This document shows positions 8,308 to 16,711 of a DNA stretch of 64,000 nucleotides, in pieces; the first letter of the stretch is position 1, and each line of letters starts with the position of its first letter. Origin of the DNA: an uncultured Planctomycetaceae bacterium (GTDB lineage Bacteria > Planctomycetota > Planctomycetia > Pirellulales > Thermoguttaceae); assembly GCA_963823895.1 (NCBI GenBank), contig CAWGNG010000031.1, positions 148,214-212,213 of the forward strand. The letters run 5' to 3'. Under the pieces are notes generated by a model, which saw only the letters and a list, made by a program, of their open reading frames with translations, was not told the origin of the DNA and did no database searches. Both the position numbers and the translations under genes were made by a program.

Positions 8308-9337
8308 ATGAAGGTCAGGGCAAAGAAGGGCGCTTTTACGCTGGTTGAGTTGCTGGTTGTTATTACCATCATCGGCATCTTGATCGCGCTGTTGCTGCCG
8401 GCGGTTCAGGCGGCCCGCGAGGCGGCGCGGGTGGCGCAATGTCAGAACAACCTGAAGCAGTTCAGCCTGGCCGCGCTAAACCACGAGCACCTGCTCGGCT
8501 GGCTGCCGAGCGGCGGTTGGGGCTACAACTGGGTCGGCGATCCCTACCGCGGCTTCGGCGGCAATCAGCCGGGCGGCTTCTTCTACAACTGCCTCCCCTA
8601 CATGGAGCAGCAGCCGTTGCACGACCTGGCGCTGGGCGGGGCGGAAGGCTCGACGCAGTGGCAGCAGATGTCGATGCAGATGGTGCAGACGCCGGTGTTG
8701 GCGGCAAACTGCCCCAGCCGTCGCGGATCGGTGCTCCATCCGTTTCAAGGCAACAACTTTGGTCAAATGGACCCGATTTACGGCAGTATCCCCTCGACGT
8801 GGTTCTCCGGCGACTACGCCGCCAACGCCGGAACGGTTTGGTCTGTGCAATGGGGAAGCGGACCAAGTTCTTTCGCCGATGCGGCGCAGTGGAACCCCGG
8901 CAACCCCAACGGTGCGCATGGATTTTGCGACATGTCGAAATCGACCGGCATTTGCGCAGCGGAGCCAAATTCGAATGACCGACATCACCGACGGCGCGTC
9001 GAACACCTACCTGGTGGGCGAGAAGTGCGTCGATCCCGACCACTACGCCGACGGCCTGGATTGGGGCGACGACCAGTGTTTGTACACCGGCGACACCGAC
9101 GACGCGAACCGCTGGGCGGGAAATGACTCGGCGACCGGCCCCGGCCCTCTTCCCCCGCAGCCGGACACCCCCGGTGCCGGCTACAACTGGGTCTTCGGCA
9201 GCGCTCACTCCAGCGGTTTCGGCATGGCGCTGTGCGATGGCTCGGTGAAGATGATCTCCTACACCATCGATCCGTTGGTACACAATTATCTGGGCAACCG
9301 CCACGACGATCAGCCGATCGACGGAAGGAACCTGTAA
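8308..9337 (+). CDS. DUF1559 / H-X9-DG protein with prepilin-type N-terminal methylation motif (frameshifted)
   Basis: [51 protein letters not shown] is the type IV pilin-like leader. C-terminal DITDGASNT and [12 protein letters not shown] give the H-X9-DG motif. The reading frame switches near 8947 between ORFs 8194-9126 and 8759-9337. GGAGGA lies before the ATG at 8308. Confidence 0.8.
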
Positions 9338-9361
9338 GAGCGGAGAGCCCAGAGGTCATCC

Positions 9362-11629
9362 ATGAATCGACGTCTTGTTCTCCTGATCCTCGCCGCGGCA
9401 ATCGTCCCAGTGGTAGGGGTGGCCGAGACGCCTGCGCCGCAAGACCAACGAATCGAATACCCGAAGACCCGCCGCGTCGATCACGTTGACACCTACTTCG
9501 GCGTCAAGGTGGCCGACCTGTATCGCTGGTTGGAGGCCGACGTGCGGCACGACAAGGCCGTTGCCGATTGGGTGGCGGCCGAGAACCGGGTGACGAGTCG
9601 ATATCTGGAGTCGATCCCCGAGCGCGAGACCATCCGCCGCCGGCTCACCGATTTGTGGAACTTCCCGCAGTATGGCGGGGCCTTCAAAGCCGGCGGGCGA
9701 TACTACCTGATGAAGAACGACGGCTTGCAAAACCAGCCGGTGCTCTACGTGATGGAGACGCTGGCCGAGCGGCCGCGGCCGATCATCGACCCTAACACCT
9801 GGTCGGCCGACGGCACCATCGCCCTGGGCGGATTGGCGTTCACCAAGGACGGCCGCTATTTGGCCTACGCCCGGGCCGAGGCCGGCTCCGATTGGCTCAT
9901 TTGGCAGGTTATGGAGATCGCCAGCGGCCGAGTCCTGCCCGACCGGCTGCAATGGACCAAGTCGGGGCAGGCCGCGTGGACGAAAGGCGGCAAGGGCTTC
10001 TTCTACAGCCGCTACGAGGAGCCGAAGAAGGGGGCCGAGTTTCAGTCGCTCAATTTCAACAGCAAAATCTACTACCATCGGCTCGGCGACCCGCAGTCGA
10101 AAGACTCGTTGACCTACTATCGCCCCGAGCATCCCGAATGGCAGTACGGCGCGGTCGTGACCGAAGACGGCCATTGGCTGGTGATCGCTACCCATCTGGA
10201 CAGCGAAGAGCGCAATCGGGTCACGATTGTCGATCTGACAACACCGGGAGCAAAACCGCTCGAAACGACACGTTGGGATGGCAGTTGCACTGCTATCCCT
10301 TGCTCGCTGCAAGGGGGCGGCAGTACAACTGTCGCCCCAACCGTGACAACGCCGGAAGCAAAACCGCTGGAACTGATCGACAATTTCGAGCATGAATACA
10401 GTTTCGTGGGCAACGCCGGGCCGGAGTTCTACTTCAAGACCGATCGGGACGCCCCGCGGCGACGCCTGGTTGCCATCGACATCAGTAAACTCGATGGGCC
10501 GCCAACTTGGAAGGAGATCATCCCCGAAGCCTTGCCGACGCTGATGCACGTCGGCTTTGTCGGCGATCGCTTCATCGCCTCGTATATCGAAGACGTCAAG
10601 CCGAAGGTCCGCGTGTTCGAGCGAGACGGCCGGCACGTCCGCGACGTGCAGTTTCCGGCCATAGGCACGGCGGCGGGCTTCGGCGGCGAGCGGACCGACA
10701 AGGAGACGTTCTACACCTTCTCCAGCTTCGCCACGCCGCCGAGCATTTATCGCTACGACATGGCCACGGGTGAAAGCACGCTGTTTCGCCGGCCGGAGTT
10801 GAAGTTCAATCCCAACGACTACGAAGTCAAGCAGGTCTTCTATCAGGGCAAAGACGGCACGCGCGTGCCGATGTTCGTCGTGTGTAAGAAGGGGATCGTG
10901 CTGGACGGCTCGAATCCGACGCTGCTGTACGGCTACGGCGGTTTCAACATTTCGGTGTTGCCGGCGTTCTCGGTGTCGCGAGTGGCGTGGCTGGAGATGG
11001 GGGGCGTTTTTGCCCAGCCCAACCTCCGCGGCGGCGGCGAATACGGCGAGGCCTGGCACAAGGCCGGCACGAAGCTGCAAAAGCAGAACGTCTTCGACAA
11101 CTTCATCGCCGCCGCCGAGTGGCTGATCGCCAACAAATACACGCGGGCGGACAAGTTGGCCATCTCCGGGGGCAGCAACGGCGGGCTGTTGGTCGGCGCA
11201 GTGATGACACAACGGCCCGATCTGTTCGGTGCCTGTCTGCCGGCGGTGGGCGTGATGGACATGCTGCGGTTCCAGAAGTTCACCGAAGGGCGAACCTGGG
11301 TCGATGACTACGGCTCGTCCGACAACGAGGCGGAGTTCCAGGCGATTCTCAAGTATTCGCCGTATCACAACGTCAAGCCCGGCGTTTGCTATCCGGCAAC
11401 GCTTGTGACCACGGCCGACACCGACGATCGCGTGGTGCCGGGCCACAGTTTCAAGTTCGCCGCCGCCCTGCAATACGCGCAGGCTTGCGACAAGCCCGTC
11501 CTGATCCGCATCGAAACCCGCGCCGGCCACGGCGGCGGCAAACCGACCGGCAAACGCATCGCCGAAGTCACCGACCTCTGGGCGTTTCTGGTGAGGAACC
11601 TGGGAATCAAGCTGCGGCCGGAGCAATGA
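9362..11629 (+). CDS. Prolyl oligopeptidase (S9A) family serine peptidase, secreted
   Basis: 755 aa with a signal peptide. YPKTRRVDHVDTYFGVKVADLYRWLE is the POP N-terminus. Catalytic GGSNGGLLVG, later DDRVVP and GHGGGKP. Contains a 36-codon repeat-derived insertion. Confidence 0.9.
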   Translation: MNRRLVLLILAAAIVPVVGVAETPAPQDQRIEYPKTRRVDHVDTYFGVKVADLYRWLEADVRHDKAVADWVAAENRVTSRYLESIPERETIRRRLTDLWNFPQYGGAFKAGGRYYLMKNDGLQNQPVLYVMETLAERPRPIIDPNTWSADGTIALGGLAFTKDGRYLAYARAEAGSDWLIWQVMEIASGRVLPDRLQWTKSGQAAWTKGGKGFFYSRYEEPKKGAEFQSLNFNSKIYYHRLGDPQSKDSLTYYRPEHPEWQYGAVVTEDGHWLVIATHLDSEERNRVTIVDLTTPGAKPLETTRWDGSCTAIPCSLQGGGSTTVAPTVTTPEAKPLELIDNFEHEYSFVGNAGPEFYFKTDRDAPRRRLVAIDISKLDGPPTWKEIIPEALPTLMHVGFVGDRFIASYIEDVKPKVRVFERDGRHVRDVQFPAIGTAAGFGGERTDKETFYTFSSFATPPSIYRYDMATGESTLFRRPELKFNPNDYEVKQVFYQGKDGTRVPMFVVCKKGIVLDGSNPTLLYGYGGFNISVLPAFSVSRVAWLEMGGVFAQPNLRGGGEYGEAWHKAGTKLQKQNVFDNFIAAAEWLIANKYTRADKLAISGGSNGGLLVGAVMTQRPDLFGACLPAVGVMDMLRFQKFTEGRTWVDDYGSSDNEAEFQAILKYSPYHNVKPGVCYPATLVTTADTDDRVVPGHSFKFAAALQYAQACDKPVLIRIETRAGHGGGKPTGKRIAEVTDLWAFLVRNLGIKLRPEQ
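10272..10341. repeat. Double-hairpin repeat, family A, copy inside the oligopeptidase CDS
   Basis: GTTGGGATGGCAGTTGCACTGCTATCCC ... GGGGGCGGCAGTACAACTGTCGCCCCAAC. Same modules as copies at 12345-12400 and 34405-34468. Confidence 0.8.
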
Positions 11630-11716
11630 TGTCGATCGCGGCGGGCCGTTGCTGTGCTCATGCCGCAGTCCTCTTTACCCTTGCGGCCGTTTCGGGTTAC
11701 AATGCAATAGTAAGAT

Positions 11717-12334
11717 TTGCCTGCAAACCCAAGAGAGCCGCTCGTGCCAGAAGCCCCCCAACAAAGCGATTTGCCCGCCATTGACCTGAAAGACCCGATC
11801 GTGGCCGCACTGCTGGCTTGGCTTATCCCCGGGCTGGGCCATTGGTATCAGGGGCGGCGGGCGAAAGCGATTCTGTTTTTCGTCTGCATCATGGGTCTTT
11901 TCGGCTACGGCGTGGTTCTCGGCGGCGGCACCCGCGTCGATCAGGATGGCAACAAGCGTTTCTTGGGCTACGGCCGGGCGGTCTACCTCTCGATGCACAG
12001 CGACAACCTGCGGCTCTACTACATCAGCCAAATCGGCGTCGGCTTGCCCGCCTTTCCCGCACTGTTTCAGGCATACCAGATGAACCACCATCGGGCGGTG
12101 ATTTGGAGTGGGTTCATGGCCCCGCCGCGGCCGGTTGAAGTGGGGTTCAACGATCCCAACAAAGACCAACCCATCGCCCACGACCTCTACTACTTCCTGA
12201 ATCGCGACTTTGAATTGGCGACGATCTTCACGGCGGTGGCCGGCTTGTTGAACGTGCTGGTGATCTACGATGCTTTTGCCGGCCCGGTCGTGATGCAGCC
12301 ACCCACGAAAAAGGAAGAAGAGGAACCCGCATAG
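11717..12334 (+). CDS. Conserved integral membrane protein (function unknown)
   Basis: 205-aa ORF with hydrophobic segments LLAWLIPGLGHWYQGR, ILFFVCIMGLFGYGVVLGG and TIFTAVAGLLNVLVIY. GC3-rich coding pattern. Start uncertain (TTG at 11717 or GTG downstream). Confidence 0.6.
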   Translation: MPANPREPLVPEAPQQSDLPAIDLKDPIVAALLAWLIPGLGHWYQGRRAKAILFFVCIMGLFGYGVVLGGGTRVDQDGNKRFLGYGRAVYLSMHSDNLRLYYISQIGVGLPAFPALFQAYQMNHHRAVIWSGFMAPPRPVEVGFNDPNKDQPIAHDLYYFLNRDFELATIFTAVAGLLNVLVIYDAFAGPVVMQPPTKKEEEEPA

Positions 12335-12344
12335 GTCAACCGAT

Positions 12345-12400
12345 GTTGGGGCGGCAGTTGCACTGCCGACCCGGGATGGCAGTGCAACTGCCATCCCAAC
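12345..12400. repeat. Double-hairpin repeat, family A, intergenic copy
   Basis: GTTGGGGCGGCAGTTGCACTGCCGACCC / GGGATGGCAGTGCAACTGCCATCCCAAC. Flanked by duplicated AAGGAAGA(AGA)GGAACCC(G/A)CATAG. Confidence 0.85.
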
Positions 12401-12426
12401 CGAAGGAAGAGGAACCCACATAGCCC

Positions 12427-12642
12427 ATGTTCAACCTGCTATTGGCCGACCACTCCCGCATCTGGAACAACGATCTCTGGTACGCCGTGCCGATCGTGAT
12501 CGCCGTCAGCCTGGTCTATGCGGCCACGCGGCACGAGCAGATGCGTCCGATTCTGGCCCACGCCGGCCGAGTGGCGGTCTGGATCGCTGGTTTCATGCTC
12601 GCTGTGTTTGTCGTGGTCGAGATTGTCTGCTGGTTCATTTAG
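12427..12642 (+). CDS. Small two-TM membrane protein (function unknown)
   Basis: 71-aa ORF with an ATG start and two hydrophobic helices (WYAVPIVIAVSLVYA, VAVWIAGFMLAVFVVVEIVCWFI). Confidence 0.5.
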   Translation: MFNLLLADHSRIWNNDLWYAVPIVIAVSLVYAATRHEQMRPILAHAGRVAVWIAGFMLAVFVVVEIVCWFI

Positions 12643-12657
12643 GGATTCTGCCAAGAC

Positions 12658-12855
12658 GTACTCTTCACGCTCCGCGTGAAGCCAGTGGCCCTCCACCCCA
12701 GGGCCGATCAGTCTTTCAAAATGGGATTGTAGGAGGCGACTCCTGTCGCCGATTCTGTGGCCAATTTCGGGCAATCGGCGACAGGAGTCGCCTCCTACAA
12801 CCGAGAACTGATTGGCCCCGCCCTCCGCCTTCCTCTCGCGGAGCGAGAGGAGTAC
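12658..12855. repeat. Nested palindromic repeats: family D element inside a family C element
   Basis: Outer arms GTACTCTTCACGCTCCGCGTGAAG...CAGGGCCGATCAG and CTGATTGGCCCCG...CCTCTCGCGGAGCGAGAGGAGTAC. Inner element 12728-12800 is TTGTAGGAGGCGACTCCTGTCGCCGAT...ATCGGCGACAGGAGTCGCCTCCTACAA. Confidence 0.75.
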
Positions 12856-12872
12856 AGAGCTTGTCGGAAACG

Positions 12873-13520
12873 CTAGAGTTCTTTCCGCCGTATCTGCAAC
12901 AGCACGCTCTCGGAGTCCGTGCCCGGCAGCGGATAGGACGTTAGTTTCCGCAGCGACAAATCGTGCATCAGTCCGTGATGGCGTGCCTCGCCGCGTTCGT
13001 CGATCCACGCGGGCCCCTTGAGCACCAGCAGCCGATCGAACGAGTCCCAATGCGGCCGCAGCCATTCCAACAGCTTCCGCAGCCGCGCCACCGCCCGAAC
13101 CACCAGCGTGTCGAACCGCCGCTGGGTCAAGACCTCTTCGACGCGGATGTGGAACACGGGCGCCGGCAGCCCGAGCCGCGCGACGATGTCGGCCACGGCT
13201 TTGGCTTTCTTGCCCACCGATTCCGCGAGCGACATTTTCAGATCGTCGCGGACGATGGCCAGCACCACCCCCGGCACGCCGCCGCCGGTCCCCACGTCGA
13301 GCACCTCCTCGTTCGGCTCAAGAAACTTGGCGAATGCCAGGCTATCGACCAGATCGCGGGCGACGAACTTCTCGTAGTCGGTGTGCCGCGTCAGGTTGAT
13401 CTTCGCGTTCCAGTCCCAAAGCAGTTCGCAGTACCGCGCGAGCAACGCGACCTGCGCCGCCGGCAGTTCGATCTGATGCTGGGCGAGAACGGCGGATAGC
13501 GGCAAATCGGGGGAGTTCAA
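12873..13520 (-). CDS. rsmG: 16S rRNA (guanine527-N7)-methyltransferase RsmG
   Basis: WNAKINLTRHTDYEKFVARDLVDSL, SAM motif VLDVGTGGGVPGVVLAI, and RAVARLRKLLEW match GidB/RsmG. Start set at the TTG at 13520 for a typical length. The ORF track runs to 13661. Confidence 0.85.
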   Translation of the reverse strand: MNSPDLPLSAVLAQHQIELPAAQVALLARYCELLWDWNAKINLTRHTDYEKFVARDLVDSLAFAKFLEPNEEVLDVGTGGGVPGVVLAIVRDDLKMSLAESVGKKAKAVADIVARLGLPAPVFHIRVEEVLTQRRFDTLVVRAVARLRKLLEWLRPHWDSFDRLLVLKGPAWIDERGEARHHGLMHDLSLRKLTSYPLPGTDSESVLLQIRRKEL

Positions 13521-13624
13521 GGGACGGCCCGTGCGGGTTAGAATGGGATTGCCGATTGTTGATTGTAGATTGGCGGCGGCCAATCGGCAATGAGTGGTAT
13601 AATTCTTACGAGAGGAAAAACCAC

Positions 13625-14438
13625 ATGCCGCTGGACCGGGAAGAATACGTCGAACAGGCATACTTCTTTCGCACGCTGCGCGAACGGATGCAGCAGAGCA
13701 TGTCGACGCAAGATCTGCTCGACGCGGTCCGCCAGGAGATTCTGACGACGACGATGCTGCCGTTCGCCATCGACTTCATGGCGGGCGAGTTGCGGCTTAC
13801 GGGCGGGTTCGCCACGGCGATGGCCCGGCTGCCGCATTACTTCACGCCGTTTCAGAGCTACGTGGTGGCCGAGGCCGAGAAGGCCGAGGGGCGCTTCGAT
13901 TTCCGCATTGCCCTGGAGATTCTCGAACGCGAGGCGGAGTATCGGGCGAAAGGGGCCTCGCCGCAGGGCGCCTTCCTCTTCCAGTTCGAGGCCCTCTGCC
14001 GCAATCGCCTCGGCTACGACCGCGGGCTAGACGCCGTGGCCGGCGACCCGATTTTCGACGACGGCTGGCGGGAGTGGATCATCACGGTCCGCCGCCAGAT
14101 CGGCCTGGTCGATTTCGCCGACATGATCTACGTCCGCAGCGAATTGTATCGCAAGACGCGGAAGACGACGGAGAAGCCGGTGCTCTTCGGCGAGAAGGAG
14201 GGGCGGATCGCGATGGCCAATCGCCGCAAGGACCCGCTCTATCTGTTCTCGGCGTTGCAGCGGCACCTGGGCTATCCGGCGGTGCCACAGCCGCGGCCGG
14301 AAAGACTCGCAGCGGTACCTCGTCCCCGCATTACAGCGCCGCATCGAACGCCTCGAAACCCGCATGGGGCTCCTGGAAGAAGAGCAGCGCGGGGGCGTCA
14401 ACTTGTCGCGGTTCTATGCGAGCGGCGAAGGGAAGTGA
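13625..14438 (+). CDS. Conserved hypothetical protein (frameshifted near 14296)
   Basis: ATG at 13625 (MPLDREEYVEQAYFFRTLRERMQ...). After ...HLGYPAVPQPRP the coding signal continues in another frame: KDSQRYLVPALQRRIERLETRMGLLEEEQRGGVNLSRFYASGEGK, stop 14436-14438. The rest of ORF 13556-16345 is an antisense shadow of the PPIase gene. Confidence 0.55.
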
Positions 14439-14440
14439 TC

Positions 14441-16456
14441 TCACCGGCTCGGTATCTGCCGCAACGTGGGCAGATTGACGGTGGAGGGGGCCTTCGACCG
14501 CGGCGGCGAATGGCTGGTGTTGCTCAGATAATTGTCGATTGTGGCCGCCTCCTGGATCGCCTCGAATCGCTCGGTCATCGCCACTTGCACCTTCTTTTCG
14601 TAGATGTCGCGGTAGATTTCGTCGCGAACGTCGGCGAAGTTGGTCACTTCCGGCTTGGTGCGTCCCAGGCAGCGGAGGATGATGAACTTGTCCTCGACCT
14701 GAATGATGCCCGACAGTTCGCCGGCGTGGAGTTTGAAGGCTTCTTCTTCGAGGGCGGGCTGGCCGCCGTGCTGGCGGATGGGCGGCACCTCGCCTTGCAG
14801 CGCCTGGCTGCCCGGCTCGACGGAATACTGAGCCGCCAACTTGCCGAAGTACTCCGGCGTCTTGTTGTGCTTTCGCGCCATCTCGAAGACCTGCTCGGCG
14901 CGGCGTTGATCGTTCAACACGATTGCCAGGCAGCGGACGCGCTCGCCGTAGTTGGCTTCGAAGCCTTTCTTGAGGTCCTCATTGGTCACCTCGATTTTGT
15001 CGGCGACGAGTTTTTTCATGGCCACGGTCGGCCAGACGGCGTCACGGCGATAGACCTCGGGCGTGACGCCCTGTTTGGCCATCAAGGCGAGCCAGGCTCT
15101 CACGTCGGGCGAGCCGTCGCTTTTTGCCTTGACGCCCGCCGCCGCCAGCCGCTCGATTTCGCGTTCGACGTCGTCGTCGGTCACGGTGACGCCCTGTTTC
15201 TTGCATTCCAGATCGATCAACGTGCGGTTGATGGTGCCTTCGAGGACTTCCCGCCCGTGGCGTGCGATGCAATCCTCGGCCAACTCGCGGATCGTGATCT
15301 GATCGTCGTAGACGGTGGCGGCCACGCCCGGCATCTTCTGCCGCTTGACCGGATCGTTCCAGACGATTTGGATGGCCTGTTGCTTCTTCGCGTCGTCCTG
15401 CAAGACGCGGAAGACGTCCTGGGCAATCGCCCGCATCTTGCGGTCGCGGAGGAAAGCGAACAGTTTCGGGGCGACTTCTTTATAGGAGACTTCGCGGGGG
15501 GGAATCGCCTCTTCGCGTTTGAGAATCAGGTACTGCCCGCCCGCGTGGATTACCGGCGTGATCTCGCCGTCGCGGATATTGAACACGGCGTCCTCGATCT
15601 CCGGGTAGCTTCCGTGTCGGCGAATCGGGTTAATCACCCCCTTGACGGCCGCGCTGGAGGCGTCTTCCGACTCGCGTTTGGCAAGCTCGCCGAAATCGTT
15701 GGGATTGGCCAGCGCTTTCGCCCGCAACTGACTGGCCTTCTCCGGGCTGCTGGCCGAGATCAGCCGGACTCGGATCTGCTCGCCGTACTGCGTGTCGTAT
15801 TCCGCCCGCACCTCCTGTTGGCTCACGTGGATTTGCTCGCCGGCCAGCTTGCGCAGCGCGATCGTCGGCCAGATAATGTCGTCGGCGTATTGCTCGGGCG
15901 AAACGTTCCGCTCCTGCTTGAGCATCTTCAGCCACTGGTCGACGGGAATCTTGAAGCGGGCGGCCATCTCCTCGACCTCAGCGTTCACCTCGCGGCGTGT
16001 CACCTTGATGCCGCGGCGCTGACATTCGAGCATGATCAACCGCTTGTTGACCATGCTCTCCAGCACCTCCTTGCCGAAATGGCGCAAGCAGTCGCGGGCG
16101 AGATCCTCGCGGCTGATCCGCCGCGTGTTCACCGTGGCAACGATCGGCGGGATCGACTCGTCGGAACGATTCTTGGCGGCGGCAGAGCGGCGGGGCGGCT
16201 CGGGCTCGCGGGCCTCGGCCGCGGCATCCGACGCGCGCGACGGGCGATCGGAGAAGCGAACGTCGCTGTCGGTTCGGCCCGACGGATCGGCGTTGGCAGG
16301 CGGCGTGCCCCAGTAATAGCGAGCCACGCCGCACAGCACGATTAGCGCGAGGCCGAGCACGATTTTCGGCCATCTCGGGGTAGTTTTCCTCTCGTTTACG
16401 CCAGTTTTTGCCGCGCAGCCGGAGCGGGTTGCCGGTCTTGAAGCGTCTTGGGTCAT
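14441..16456 (-). CDS. Membrane-anchored peptidyl-prolyl isomerase (SurA/PpiD-like, PpiC/parvulin domains)
   Basis: Repeated SurA-N-like segments and two parvulin motifs (FGELAKRESEDASSAAVKGVINPIRR...GGQYLILKR; FGKLAAQYSVEPGSQALQGEVPPIRQ...EDKFIILR). TM anchor WPKIVLGLALIVLCGV. Start at the ATG at 16456, preceded by AAGGAGG. Confidence 0.85.
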   Translation of the reverse strand: MTQDASRPATRSGCAAKTGVNERKTTPRWPKIVLGLALIVLCGVARYYWGTPPANADPSGRTDSDVRFSDRPSRASDAAAEAREPEPPRRSAAAKNRSDESIPPIVATVNTRRISREDLARDCLRHFGKEVLESMVNKRLIMLECQRRGIKVTRREVNAEVEEMAARFKIPVDQWLKMLKQERNVSPEQYADDIIWPTIALRKLAGEQIHVSQQEVRAEYDTQYGEQIRVRLISASSPEKASQLRAKALANPNDFGELAKRESEDASSAAVKGVINPIRRHGSYPEIEDAVFNIRDGEITPVIHAGGQYLILKREEAIPPREVSYKEVAPKLFAFLRDRKMRAIAQDVFRVLQDDAKKQQAIQIVWNDPVKRQKMPGVAATVYDDQITIRELAEDCIARHGREVLEGTINRTLIDLECKKQGVTVTDDDVEREIERLAAAGVKAKSDGSPDVRAWLALMAKQGVTPEVYRRDAVWPTVAMKKLVADKIEVTNEDLKKGFEANYGERVRCLAIVLNDQRRAEQVFEMARKHNKTPEYFGKLAAQYSVEPGSQALQGEVPPIRQHGGQPALEEEAFKLHAGELSGIIQVEDKFIILRCLGRTKPEVTNFADVRDEIYRDIYEKKVQVAMTERFEAIQEAATIDNYLSNTSHSPPRSKAPSTVNLPTLRQIPSR

Positions 16457-16711
16457 TATGGGGTTCCTCCTTAAACCTTTATTTTGCATATCCTTACGTG
16501 CGCCCACCTCCGAGGCGCTTACATCGACGGGTGCGGCAGTATAGACGCCCCCTTCCCTGCGGAGCAAGCCCGAAATTTCGCCGAGCGGCGGTAACGGATC
16601 GCCGCCCTGCGGGCGGCGGCTAAACGGGGCGGTTTAACATGCCGCGGCGCCGAAACGCGAAATCCGTCTTGTCCCGCTTCCCCGCAGTGAAGTAAGATCG
16701 CCACTCACGTT

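Noticed and set aside
9356-11626. 756-aa minus-strand ORF mirroring the prolyl oligopeptidase
   Set aside because: Antisense shadow. The plus strand carries the S9A catalytic motifs and a signal peptide.
14500-16345. 3' two-thirds of the 929-aa plus-strand ORF 13556-16345
   Set aside because: Low-complexity translation antisense to the PPIase gene. The real plus-strand gene shifts frame and stops at 14438.
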